From assembly GCA_964016885.1 (NCBI GenBank), contig OZ024741.1, forward strand, positions 51,088,001-51,152,000: a DNA stretch of 64,000 nt, read 5' to 3'. Each line of letters starts with the position of its first letter. Position 1 is the stretch's first letter. Below are positions 38,150 through 50,377 of this stretch, in pieces. This DNA is from Eledone cirrhosa (lineage: Eukaryota). Under the pieces are notes generated by a model. The model did not search any database and was not told the origin of the DNA. It saw nothing but the letters and a program-made list of their open reading frames with translations. The position numbers and the translations under genes were made by a program.

Positions 38150-39400
38150 TCTTTCCGTGTCATATGGCTCACAAGATAACAAATTTCCACCAGCAAAGTC
38201 CATAGTTCTCCCTGTACCAGCTCAACTAATTCCTGGGTGTCTGAGATCCTCCTGGAATGTTCGGTGTCAGGTAATCTTGGGCCGGCCACTCCTCTGCTTT
38301 TTTTTTCTTCGGTGTCTATGCCACTGCAGTCCTTGCGGGCCGAGTGGCTGACAGGCCCCAAATGTGTGACCTGACAAGCGAAACTGGTGCAGCTACTCGA
38401 TTTTTTGTAGTGATTAGGACTTGCTTCGTAGAAGTATTTCTTCATTTATGAATATGTCTTCCCAAAGAACTTTGAGGATTTTCCGTATGTATCGTTGATG
38501 GATAGGCGGTGAATTGGCAGAGTCGTTAGAACGTCGGCTAGAATACTTTATAGTATTCGTTCCGGCTCTCTACTCTCTGAGTTCAAATCCCACCGAGGTC
38601 AAGTTTGCCTTTCATTCTTTCGAGGTCGATCAAAAAATACCAGTCTAGTACTCGTGTCGATTCTTCCTCTATATCTCTTTCTTATTTCCTTTCTCTCACT
38701 TTCTATCTTTCTCTGGAAGAAATATGCTTTACTCAGGCCTGAAGAGGGATGGGCTCTGCCAGGCTTTAAAAAATGCCCAACAAACGCCGTATGTCATTAC
38801 GACGCCCCTACGACTGTATCAGGAGTTACAGGACCATACATACATCGTTGATGGAAAGTGTCCAACTTTTTACTCACATTTGCTGCCATCTTCCATATTT
38901 CAAACAAAACTGTTAAAACTATTGCGCTATAAAAGTTTGGTCGTTCAGATTTGACGAATACACAGGAATATGGCTATTGCTTTACCATTTCCACTGTTCC
39001 CATCAATTTCGATGCATCCATCCACTACTGATAACTCTACCTAGATAACAGAAATTGTCCACACATTTCACAATCTGCAGTCTGTTGAAGATTGAGGAGA
39101 GTGGAGGTGGGTTGTGACATTTGTCTGCATCACCTTTGTTTTTTCCAATCTAATTCTTCCTTGCTTGTTCTTTTAGCTTGGTAGTTAGTTTTGCAGCCCA
39201 CCTCTTGTTTCTGCCATCATAGTAAATTCGTTGGAAAAATCCACAGTAGGAACAGGAGCAAGCTGAGCATGCACAAATTCCACCAACTCCACCTAAATCG
39301 ACTGCAAAGAATATTGGAATATTACTGAAGGGTTGACACTTATGAAGGAAAGTCTGCAATTTTTTGGCTAATAATGATCCTAATAGTGGAGGTAACATAA
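38150..39400 (-). mobile_element. RTE-clade LINE fragment (decayed RT and C-terminus), interrupted by a SINE
   Basis: Minus strand, with frameshifts: DFSNEFTMMAETRGGLQ (decayed YADD region), EKTKVM, VDNFCYLG, KLDTFHQRYIRKILKVLWED...NEEIL, GRPKIT*. Confidence 0.75.
38503..38843 (+). mobile_element. SINE with family-S head and an alternative 3' tail; 12-bp TSD
   Basis: TSD ATCGTTGATGGA at 38491-38502 and 38844-38855; ends CATACATAC. Confidence 0.8.
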
Positions 39401-39432
39401 AAATTACAAGATAAATTTATGATTACTACTGT

Positions 39433-39629
39433 AGGCCAGCAATTTGGGGAGAGGAGCAAGTCGATTAAATCGACCCCAGTACATTACTGGTGCTTTATCT
39501 TATCGACATCGTAAGAACTAAAAGCAAAGCTAAACTCGGCGAGATTTGAACTCAGAATGTAAAGGGCCATAACTCTATGCTGCAAAGCATGGTGTCTGAC
39601 GCTCCACGGACTCGGCCAAACTACCACCC
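39433..39629 (-). mobile_element. SINE family S
   Basis: Reverse complement of family body and head. Confidence 0.8.
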
Positions 39630-40261
39630 TGGAGGAGTTTATAAATGAACTGTAGAAAGAAATGGTGTACCATAAACATCACACGCAAACACCCACCCAC
39701 CCAGTAGAGGTTGATGATGGAGCACTATATAACAGAAGATAGTGACACTCATTCTTCTAGTAACTCGTATTCCAACATCTTTCCTCACACAGCAGTCAAT
39801 ATCTTTTGTAGTAAACACATATATTATAGTATTATGGTTTTTATTTACTCTCTAGCGCATTTCTCTTCTGTTGTTTTTATGTATACAAATTGTACTGTAT
39901 ATATGTTTAGAACTGTTATTGTTAGGCAGAAATGTGGTTGTATTGCAAGTTTGCTTTCTTTCTTAATTAAAAAAAAACCGTCACTTCATAACATGAAAAT
40001 CAATGGGAAAATAATTTTTCTTTATTAATCTGGAACAGGCTAAAAAGGAGAAGAAAATATACATAAGTCAATTTAGATATGACAACCACAAATTCCAAGT
40101 TGTGATGTTTAATAGTGAACTAGTCACAGATTTAGGAAAACACTATATGAAATGAAACACAAAATCAAAGTAATAGAAAAACAAACAAACAAACAAACAA
40201 ATCTATTTAGTCACTATATTGTTATATTTGGGGAGGGTCATATTGTCTAATATTGCCAAAA

Positions 40262-41097
40262 ATAATAATTGTTTCTTCTTTTGGCACAAGGCCAGCAATT
40301 ATTCCAGTACATTACTGGTACTTTATTTTATCGACCCCATAAGGATGAAAGGCAAAGTTAACCTCGGCGGGATTTGAACTCAGATCGTAAAAGGACGTGG
40401 CTATGCTGGAAAGCATGCCAGACCCTCTACCGATACTGCCAATGATTTCTGATTTAGGCACAAGGCCAACAATTTGGGGAGGAGGAGAAAGTCTATCAAA
40501 TTCATCCCAGTACATTACTGATGTTTTATTTATTGACCCCCGTAAGGATGAAAGGCAAAACTCGCCTCAGTGGGATTTGAAATCAGAACGTAAAGAGCAG
40601 TAATTCTATGCCACAAAACATGTTGTCAGACGCCCAACCGATACTGCCAATCGACCGCCATTTTTGCTAAAAATAATGGTTTCTTATATAGGCACAAGGC
40701 CAGCCATTTGGGGAGAGAGGGAAGTCGATTAAATCAACCTCAGTGCATGACTGGTACTTTATTTTATAGACCCCATCAGGATGAAAGGCAAAGTTAACCT
40801 CGGCAGGATTAGAATTCGGATCATAAAGGACCGTAACTCTATGCTGCAAAGCATGGCGTCCGACCTTCTACCGATATTGCCAATCCACCGCCCTTTTTGC
40901 CAAAAATAATAATTGTTTCTACTTTTGGCACAAGGCCAGCAATTACCCAGTGCATTACTGGTACTTTATTTTATCTACCCAGTAAGGATGAAAGGCAAAG
41001 TTAATCTCGGCTGGATTTGAACTCAGAATGGCAAGGGCCGTAACTCTATACGTCAAAGCATGGTGTCCGACCCCCTACTGATACTGCCAATCCACCA
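40262..41097 (-). mobile_element. Four head-to-tail SINE family S copies
   Basis: Copies at about 40262-40442, 40443-40660, 40672-40893, 40904-41097. Confidence 0.85.
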
Positions 41098-41449
41098 CAA
41101 ATAATAATAAAACACTCACTGTTTGGTTTGGGTTTCGCTTCAGTTCAATATATCTTTATACTTTTATAAATAATTTAACTGGCAATCAATGTTTATCATT
41201 GATTGACTAACAGTTAAACTTATAAATATAAATATAATTTCTCAAATTTTCTCAAAGTTCTTTTGCCATACATATTTGTCTGTGACATCTTCAGTGATTT
41301 CATCCCGTTCTGTTTCTATAACGTTTTTTTTATTTTTTATTGTCTCTGTTTGCGCATCATATCAAGAACCTTGCAAAACAAATACAACGCTGTATTTAGT
41401 CACCTTTATGTTTGTCAGGTCCATTAAGGAAAACTCCATCTATTGAAAA

Positions 41450-41800
41450 TAATTGAAGAGTGTGCACAGCTAACTAATAAATTATTGTTAAACTAGAGAT
41501 GTAGTGTAGTACACGAGATGCAGAGAAAGGCAGTGGAAGGAAACGACCAAAACCCATATAGGTGAAACAGCCCGCAGCATAGGCAAATGGATCACGGACC
41601 ACTTGTAAAAATACGAAGATAAGAAAGAGACATTCTACATGCTCTGCCGACATGACATACAAAAACATGATAGATCGATAAACTGTGGTGAAATAAATAT
41701 TCTTTCTTCACATCTAAAAGATCCGACACTCCGACAGACAATAGCTTCGATACATATAGAGACACCCCAGTCTCACTCAACAGAAAAGAATGGGTGGAAT
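41450..41800 (+). pseudogene. Decayed GIY-YIG endonuclease domain of a Penelope-like element (different lineage from 23.7 kb)
   Basis: RDVV*YTRC...THIGETARSIGKWITDHL...LCRHDIQKH...INILSSHLKDPTLRQTIASIHI, matching VVY...YIGET.R....R..EH...RQ..EA..I. Confidence 0.65.
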
Positions 41801-41966
41801 ACTAACAACTCACAATTCCCACCTTTATCACCCAGAATAATACAAGAACTAGGATAAAATATATTAAAGTGAACTAAACTCAACCACCATACTCAAACAC
41901 GCAGACACACAAACGTACAAACCACTTGCACTCATAAACACACGCACACATGCACACGCCCTACAT

Positions 41967-42071
<105 letters not shown>

Positions 42072-42159
42072 ACACACACATACACACATGTTTATGTTGG
42101 CAGCAGCAAATTCAAAAGCCAACAAATGAAAATATAATAGATATCTAAGAATTATATAA

Positions 42160-42560
42160 CTGATGCGACATGCTGTGACATGTTCTGCGTCTCCAGCTTT
42201 ATAACTTCGGCCACAAACCCCGGTACCGCGGCCCACAGTGCAGAAGACAGGTTGACTAGTAAATAGCAGAGCTTGTCCCTCCGCTTCCGCTTTGCACCGG
42301 TCACCGTCGAGACCTCAAGTGTCCTCGAACCCTGGACAGTTAACCTCCTCCGTAAAATCGGATCAATAACGACCCGTTTGAATAAGGAACCTCGCGAGGT
42401 GGGCTGGCTGTTGCGGCAAGTGTCGCTGGTCATTGTCCACGGAAATGTCTTTGCCATTTTGTCCGCGGGGAGCAGCCAAAAACACCACTCTAGATTAGGT
42501 GTAGAGTCTGTCACCCTCTCCCCTTCCCCTTTCTTTATTATTTAATAGTCCTTGCTCTTC
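42160..42560 (+). mobile_element. CRE-clade LINE 3' fragment (endonuclease C-terminus)
   Basis: DATCCD...AAHSAE....K*..L...F.PVTVETSSVL...EPREVGWLLRQVSLVIVHGN. Confidence 0.75.
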
Positions 42561-42873
42561 CCCTCCTTTTTCTCTCATTTATGGCATTTAAAGTCCTTTC
42601 TAATGCTGCTTTCTTTTTCAATAACAGACACAATGAAAAGAAAGCAGTAAACACGACAACACACTGATATGGCTGGCAACATATATATGACAATAACATA
42701 ACACAAACAAAAATAAAAATTGTCAGGTCATTGACAAGGTCACAATAATGTAACGAAACATTTCTAACAAACTGATTCAGAAGTTTATTAGCAATAAATA
42801 TGAATGTATTACTCTTTTAAGTGTTCCAGCCAGCGGGCTGTGACCATGCTGGGGCATTGCCATTAATTGCAGG

Positions 42874-42939
<66 letters not shown>

Positions 42940-43494
42940 GGGAAGAAGACGCACATGGTGGAAAGAAGGTCATGAAATCGCTCCCGTAAGTTTTTGATTT
43001 TTAACATATTTAAATCAATTGTGAAATAACAATTCTTAAAACAAATGATGCATAAGCACCAGACTCAAGTCTCAGGAAAATTCGGATCCATAATATATTG
43101 TTATATCGCTCAAATATTCAATTTTGTAATATACATTTTACATTCAAAAAAGAAAATGGTTATAAATGGAAGAAAACCCCCTCTGTCTACACTATATAGA
43201 ACAGCCAAATAACAGCAATTTCACCAACACCACAAACTAGATACACCACCTACCCCATCACTCCTCTGTGTACACTAAATACAACAGCCAGATAACGGCA
43301 ATTTCACCACCACCACCGCCAATCGCAGCATAATAATTATAATTACTATTATTATTGTCTCAAGTTTTCACAAAATGTTTAATTCCAATATTAAGAAAAT
43401 ATGTCAACACATATACGCGACTAACCGCATAGATTCACCGATCAAACAAAAATACAGTCTATTCAACAAAACTCAGTAACGACAACACCATCAC

Positions 43495-44000
43495 TACAGT
43501 CACCGCCGCCAACACCCATCCATCATTGCTACCACTATCCTATCGCCGCCGCCGCCGCCACTCCTTCATTGCTGCCACCGCTATTCCCCCATTACCTTCT
43601 GTTAACTTACGAAAGGGGAAGGTGGCGGTATCACTAGACAATGTTAATAAACAATATTAATATTTAATTTTGGATCAGGAATGTTAGAGTCGAAAAGGAG
43701 AAAAATGGCAAAATGACTAAATAGCTAAATAGCTAAAAATAATTTCACCACCAACACCGCTGCCACTACCACGCTAAAAACTCTGGTCAAGTTGCCTCGG
43801 CCGCTATTTCTATTCCAACTTCAACACCATTGCTACAGTACTACGATCACATCACCACCGCCACTGCCTCATTATCGCTGCCGCCGCTATTCTCTCCCAC
43901 TGCCTTCTGCTAGGTACTACTAGCACAGCACCGCCACCACCACCACCGCCACTGCCTCATTATCACTGCCGCCGCTATTCTCTCCCACTAGCCCCTGCTA
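43495..44000. repeat. Degenerate (CCA/CCG)-rich repeat with ~45-bp duplicated units
   Basis: ACCGCCACTGCCTCATTATC.CTGCCGCCGCTATTCTCTCCCACT at ~43857 and ~43945; weaker copy at ~43553. Confidence 0.7.
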
Positions 44001-44269
44001 CATCGTAGTGTCCCCACTAAAATATATAAATAGACTGAATTGATGACCCGGTCAAAATCAAGAAGCCAAAAATCAAAATCAAAGCAGCACAGCAACAACG
44101 AAAAACGTAAAGAAAAGAAAAATGAAGAGAAAAACAAACAGACGGACAGAGAAGGGAAGGGAAAAACTAAGTCAGACATTCAAACATTACATTACAATGA
44201 AACTTATGCTTATTCATTTTTGGGGTTTTTTTTGCCTGTTTGTTTGTTTGTTTATTTATGTTCGTCTAC

Positions 44270-47200
44270 AGCGTGATAATGCCACACAAAAATCACCGGG
44301 AGTGACGAAATCACCGGAGGTGATGAAATCACCGGTGGTTATGCAACCATACATTCGCCAATCCTCGATAAGAGTGTTTAAATGTCGAACCTAAACAGTT
44401 CGAATAACGGTGAAATGGAGACTAGAATGTCATGTGACAGACTCTCACCCAACAGGTGCTCCCTGACTCAGCAGCAGGGACCTGGCTGTCAACCAAATAC
44501 TGTTGGTGTCGGAGGAAGAAGAAGAAGGAAAGGGGCCAGAACCAACTGGACGAAAGAATTGAATAGAACTGTTATGCAATGTTATGCAATGTTACCTGAA
44601 TAAATAGCCACATCTTGGTGTTATAAGCGGGGAATACGAGGGTCGACTGAAAGGTTCATAGGCTGATTATGACGGAGTAATGCTAGAGCTGTGAAATCTT
44701 ACATGCATTAATTTCAACTCTACTTATTAATAACTGCATTTCTTTCAAATGACTATGTTGCAATGTTACCCCAAGGAGAAAGACTATAGGAAACGGATGC
44801 ATAACATCTCGAACGAGATTGGTTTATTTAAATTAGAGGAACAAAAATTGGCCGGGCAGGCTCGGGTAATAAGAACTAATGGGTGGATAAGCGAGCTGGA
44901 ACTGGAGGAACTGAGCAGAGAGATTAGCTTGGAAATGGAGAGTGGAGTATGCCAGGCAAACGAGTCAGTGGGAAATGAAGGTGAGGAGGTCGAGAAAACG
45001 GAGGAACCACCCGAAGCAGACAATGATCTGAATGCTGAGATAAATAATACCTGGAACAGAGATATGGCCACTGAGGAGATGAATGCTGACGGGCTAGGAC
45101 AAGATTTGGTTGATATCCTAAACTTAGTGGTAGATGAATTGAACAATGATAGTGGGAAACCTATGAACCTAAGATTTGTAGACAGGAAAAAGTTAAAAGA
45201 AACAACAGCTAAGGTAAACAAAGTCATCCCATACCTTGAGGCGAGGAGCCTTCACCAGTGCAACAATATCCTCAAAGCAACATCAAATACGGTGAGGAAA
45301 CTATTTGGTATAAAAGCGAGAGGAAACAACAAACAAGAAAGATCAGAGCCTTGGTGGAAGAAACGACTGAGTGGTCAAATCAGGGAAATAAGAAATGACA
45401 TTGGAAAGCTTGAGTCCCTACTGAATGGGACACTAAAAAACATAGACACTAAAAATAGACTGGAAATAAAGTACAAAACTAGGAGGAAAAAAGCTAAATA
45501 TTATCATAGAGGAACTGAAGCAACGCATTGTAGCAAAGAGTGCAAAAATCAGGCGATACGAGAACAGAGTCAGTCAGTATAGACAGAACCGCGTGTTCGA
45601 CAACAACCAGAAGATGCTGTTTGGACAGCTTGAAGGGAAAGAAAGAGGCAACGACTTGATCCCTGAGGCGGAACAAACTAAAACATTTTGGAGAGGAATA
45701 TGGGAGTAGGATGTTAAACATAATGACCAGGCAGTGTGGATTGAGACAGTACAGAAGGAGATTAGTGAACAGGCACACCAACAAACTGATTTAAGTATCA
45801 CAGTTGAAACTCTTAAGGGGCAGGCCAAAAAACTAACCAACTGGAAATCACCAGGCCCAGATGGTGTGCAGGGGTATTGGATTAAAAATATAACATCCCT
45901 CCACCCGAAACTGACAACCATGTTCAATGACTGCTTGATGTCAGGTGAGGTACCAGAGTGGTTGACAAAAGGTACCACAGTTTTGATAATGAAAGACCGA
46001 ATCAAGGGTAATGATGTTGCCAACTATAGACCTATCACATGCCTGTCCGTAATGTGGAAACTGTTGACAAACATTATGTCTGAGGAAATCTACCATCACC
46101 TCCACACAAACAACTTGTTACCGGACGAACAGAAAGGATGCCGAAAGAAGTCAAGTGGTACAAAGGACCAGTTACTTATTGATAAGATGGTAATGAGGAA
46201 TTGCAAGAGGAGACACACTGGTCTTGCCATGGGATGGATAAACTACAAAAAGGCATTTGACATGGTGCCTCATTCTTGGATCACCAAAAGCCTGGAGATC
46301 TTCAAGGTGGCAGATAACATCAGACAGTTGTTGGGCAAAAGTATGAAGTCCTGGGAAATAGAGTTAACATCAACTGGAGAATCCTTGGGAAGCGTGAAGA
46401 TCAAGAGAGGTATCTTCCAGGGAGATAGTCTGTCCCCTCTGTTGTTTGTCCTTGCCCTGATGCCCCTGACCAGTGTACTGCGAAAAGTGAGAGCAAGATA
46501 CAGGTTGGGAAAGGGAAGGCTTACCATCAATCACCTCCTCTTCATGGACGATCTGAAGCTCTTCGGGAAGAGTGAGAAGGAGTTGGATATGCTTGTTGAC
46601 ACTGTCCGTATGTTCAGCAATGATATATGTATGCAATTTGGTATTAGTAATTGTGGAGTCCTTGTGATGAAGAGGGGTAAATTGAGCAGAAGTAACGGAA
46701 TCCAGGTACCAACAGGTGAGATGATAAAGGAAATTGACTCTGAAGAAGGATACAAGTATTTGGGTGTTCTGGAGGCTGATGCCATCAAGAACAAAAATAT
46801 GAAGGAATTGATAAGAACTGAATACATTCGGAGAGTAAGGAGCGTATTAAAGTCACATATGAACAGTAGGAATGCCATAAGTGCAGTAAATTCCCGAGCT
46901 GTGTCTATTATTAGGTACAGTGCAGAAATTCTGAGATGGAATGTTGCTGAACAAAAAGAAATGGATAGGAAGACTAGGAAGCTATTGACTATGTACAACA
47001 TGTTCCACAAGAGGAGTGATGTCGATAGACTCTGCTTAAGGAGATCTGAAGGTGGAAGAGGTCTTATCAGCATAGAGGACTGTGTTCAGATGGAGAAAAA
47101 CAGCCTACACAAATACGTGACTGATAGTAAGGAGCCAATGCTCAGAACTGTACTGAAGGAGGGGACAATAGACTCGGGGATGTCCAAGGAGGAAATAACA

Positions 47201-48034
47201 TCAAGGAGAAAGAGCAGCCTTCAGGAAAAATCCCTTCATAGTACCTTCTTTGAGAAAACTGAATGCAGAGATCCACAGACATGGAACTGGTTGAAAAGAG
47301 GAGACCTTAAAAAGGCTAGCGAAGGAATGTTAATGGCTGCGCAGGAGCAGGCCCTCAAAACGAAGTGGTTGAAACACCATATTTACAAGGAGGAGGCTAG
47401 CCCACTGTGCAGGATCTGTGGAAAGAGAGAGGAGACTGTGGCTCACATTGTATCCGAGTGTAAACACCTAGCCCAGACTCACTATAAGGGCTGGAGACAT
47501 GATGTGATGGGCAGGGTGATCCACTGGCACCTATGCAAAGTAAACAATTTACGACATTCTGAGAAGTGGTATGAACATAAGCCAGAGTCGGTGATAGAAA
47601 ACAATCAGGTGAAGGTGCTGTGGGATTTTAGGATACAGACGGACAAGAAACTGGAACACAATAGACCTGACCTGGTGGTTTTGGACAAAGAAAAAAGATC
47701 GTGCCTGATTGTGGATGTGGCCTGCCCATTCGACACGAGAGTGCAAGAGAAGGAGAGGGAGAAAATTAACCGATACCAGGACTTAAAAAGGATTTGGAAC
47801 TGCCATGAAGTCAAAGTGGTCCCGATTGTCATAGGCGCACTAGGTACTATCTCAAAAAGTTTCCAGGGATGGTTAAAGAAAATTGCTTTTTGGAACGCTT
47901 CAAAAGGCATGCTTGCTGGGAACAGCAAGAACCCTCCGATACGTCCTGAATATCTGAGGCTGCAGGTAGTGGCTTGATATTCATTTCAACAAACTTTCCA
48001 GTTAACTAACATCAATGACTGAGACTCAAAGAAC

Positions 48035-48035
<1 letters not shown>
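44270..48035 (+). mobile_element. Near full-length R4/Dong-clade non-LTR retrotransposon (disrupted)
   Basis: N-terminal WTKELN..VMQCY / YRKRM...EQKLAGQARVI..NGW.SELELEE, PWWKKRL, RT, CCHC knuckle and RLE; ends directly in (AAT)n at ~48035-48109, in keeping with the (TAA)n preference of Dong elements. 5' boundary approximate. Confidence 0.92.
45734..47977 (+). CDS. Reverse transcriptase + restriction-like endonuclease (open part of a disrupted R4/Dong ORF)
   Basis: KSPGPDG, NYRPITCL, EQKGC, KKAFDMVPH, GIFQGDSLSPLLF, FMDDLKL, YKYLG, GGRGL, CRICGKREETVAHIVSEC, RHD, RPDLVV, DVACP; upstream stop at ~45707 and frameshift at ~45495. Confidence 0.9.
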   Translation: MWIETVQKEISEQAHQQTDLSITVETLKGQAKKLTNWKSPGPDGVQGYWIKNITSLHPKLTTMFNDCLMSGEVPEWLTKGTTVLIMKDRIKGNDVANYRPITCLSVMWKLLTNIMSEEIYHHLHTNNLLPDEQKGCRKKSSGTKDQLLIDKMVMRNCKRRHTGLAMGWINYKKAFDMVPHSWITKSLEIFKVADNIRQLLGKSMKSWEIELTSTGESLGSVKIKRGIFQGDSLSPLLFVLALMPLTSVLRKVRARYRLGKGRLTINHLLFMDDLKLFGKSEKELDMLVDTVRMFSNDICMQFGISNCGVLVMKRGKLSRSNGIQVPTGEMIKEIDSEEGYKYLGVLEADAIKNKNMKELIRTEYIRRVRSVLKSHMNSRNAISAVNSRAVSIIRYSAEILRWNVAEQKEMDRKTRKLLTMYNMFHKRSDVDRLCLRRSEGGRGLISIEDCVQMEKNSLHKYVTDSKEPMLRTVLKEGTIDSGMSKEEITSRRKSSLQEKSLHSTFFEKTECRDPQTWNWLKRGDLKKASEGMLMAAQEQALKTKWLKHHIYKEEASPLCRICGKREETVAHIVSECKHLAQTHYKGWRHDVMGRVIHWHLCKVNNLRHSEKWYEHKPESVIENNQVKVLWDFRIQTDKKLEHNRPDLVVLDKEKRSCLIVDVACPFDTRVQEKEREKINRYQDLKRIWNCHEVKVVPIVIGALGTISKSFQGWLKKIAFWNASKGMLAGNSKNPPIRPEYLRLQVVA

Positions 48036-48099
<64 letters not shown>

Positions 48100-48110
<11 letters not shown>

Positions 48111-48270
48111 GTTTCTACATTTGGCACAAGGCCAGCAATTTGAAGGGAAGAAGAAAGTCGATTAAATTGACCCCAGTGCATTACTGGTACTTTATTTTAT
48201 AGACCCCGTAAGGATGAAAGGCAAAGTTAACCTCGGCAGGAATTGAACTCAGAACATAAAAAGCTGTGAC
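48100..48270 (-). mobile_element. SINE family S (5'-truncated) in the (AAT)n tract
   Basis: Reverse complement of family body. Confidence 0.8.
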
Positions 48271-48659
48271 TATATATATAATCCTTATCGAGCCCTCTTA
48301 GAATTTTAGTCTTCACATATATTATTACTATATATATATGTGTGTTTGTGTGTGTTTGTGAGTGTGTGTGTGTGTATGTTTGTGTGGGTGTGTGTGTGTG
48401 TGTGTATTTTCTTTATATATATGTGTGCGCGCGCGTGTGTATGATGTGTGTGTGTGTGTGTGTGTGTATCAATCAGTAAACCTACAATATTAGTCAATGT
48501 CTTGTCATATTAAAGATTGAAGCTATAAATATTAATTAAGTAAATATTATAAAAAATAAAAGATTTCCAACAATTCACCAAAATACCAATTTATTAAAGA
48601 GTAGCACTCAGTGTAGCATTGAATAAATAGCCACATCTTGGTGTTATAAGCGGGAAATA

Positions 48660-48854
48660 CGAGGGTCGTCTGAAAGGTCCATAGGCTGATTATGACGGAG
48701 TAATGCTAGAGCTGTGAAATCTTACATGCATTAATTTCAACTCTACTTATTAATAACTGCATTTCTTTCAAATGACTATGTTGCAAAATAAACCTCATTT
48801 GGTCATTCCATGAGAGTATCTTAGTCAGCCAATGAACTCTTTAGGCGAGCCTCG
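48660..48854. mobile_element. Mariner-type MITE with TA TSD
   Basis: TA|CGAGGGTCGTCTGAAAGGTCCATAGGCTGA ... TCAGCCAATGAACTCTTTAGGCGAGCCTCG|TA imperfect ~30-bp TIRs. Confidence 0.8.
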
Positions 48855-49230
48855 TAATTCTCTACGTTTGCTGTGTCATAAAATAGTGAGTCGGGTGAGC
48901 ATCCACGATACACTCTGTGTATTTGCTGATTGACCTAATTTTTAGATAACTTTCTTTTTGTGTTAGTATACAGGATATTCATACATCTACTAGTTAGTTT
49001 CAGTCATAAATTGCGGCCGTGCTGGAGAACCGCGGTCATTTAGTCGATCATATCGAACACAAGGACTTATTTTTCAAAGTCTGGTATATATTATATCGAT
49101 CGCTTTTTATATTTTTTGTCGAATCGGGGCTTGAACACAGACACAAAGACAAACGAAAATACACACACACGCGCGCGCGCACGCAGACACACTCACTCAC
49201 ACACACGCACGCAGACACACTCACTCACAC

Positions 49231-49292
<62 letters not shown>

Positions 49293-49334
49293 GCACACAT
49301 GCACACACGCGCAGGCACATACATATGTATATGC

Positions 49335-49711
<377 letters not shown>

Positions 49712-49755
49712 TATGTATATATATATATATATATATATACATATATATGTATATA

Positions 49756-49789
<34 letters not shown>

Positions 49790-49940
49790 AAAACATGTGA
49801 GAAAAACCACAGACCCTCCATCTCAACTCTACTTTTGAAAATAAGACTCCAGTTGCATTATCGATTTCATATTTTTTTCTTTATACTTTGACTCGTGTAG
49901 GACACCTCGATTATTTTTCATTTTGTAAAAAAAAACTCAC

Positions 49941-49979
<39 letters not shown>

Positions 49980-50022
49980 TATATGCATATATATACATAT
50001 ATATATGTATACATATACATAT

Positions 50023-50061
<39 letters not shown>

Positions 50062-50074
50062 TATATGTATATAC

Positions 50075-50140
<66 letters not shown>

Positions 50141-50264
50141 ATAATAATAAATTTGAAGATTAAAATCCAAAGAGGGCTCGATAAGGATAAATATATATCA
50201 AATATATAAGAACCGTAGAGCAAATATTTATTAAAATATTTATTAAAATAACAGAATATGTATG

Positions 50265-50364
<100 letters not shown>

Positions 50365-50377
50365 TGTATGTATGTAT

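Noticed and set aside
39150-39398. Cys-rich ORF (CACSACSCSYC) suggesting a metal-binding peptide
   Set aside because: Lies in an off-frame of the decayed RTE reverse transcriptase.
39700-39830. Possible Rex1/L2 LINE C-terminal remnant (NIFPHTAVNI)
   Set aside because: Similarity too short and degenerate to support.
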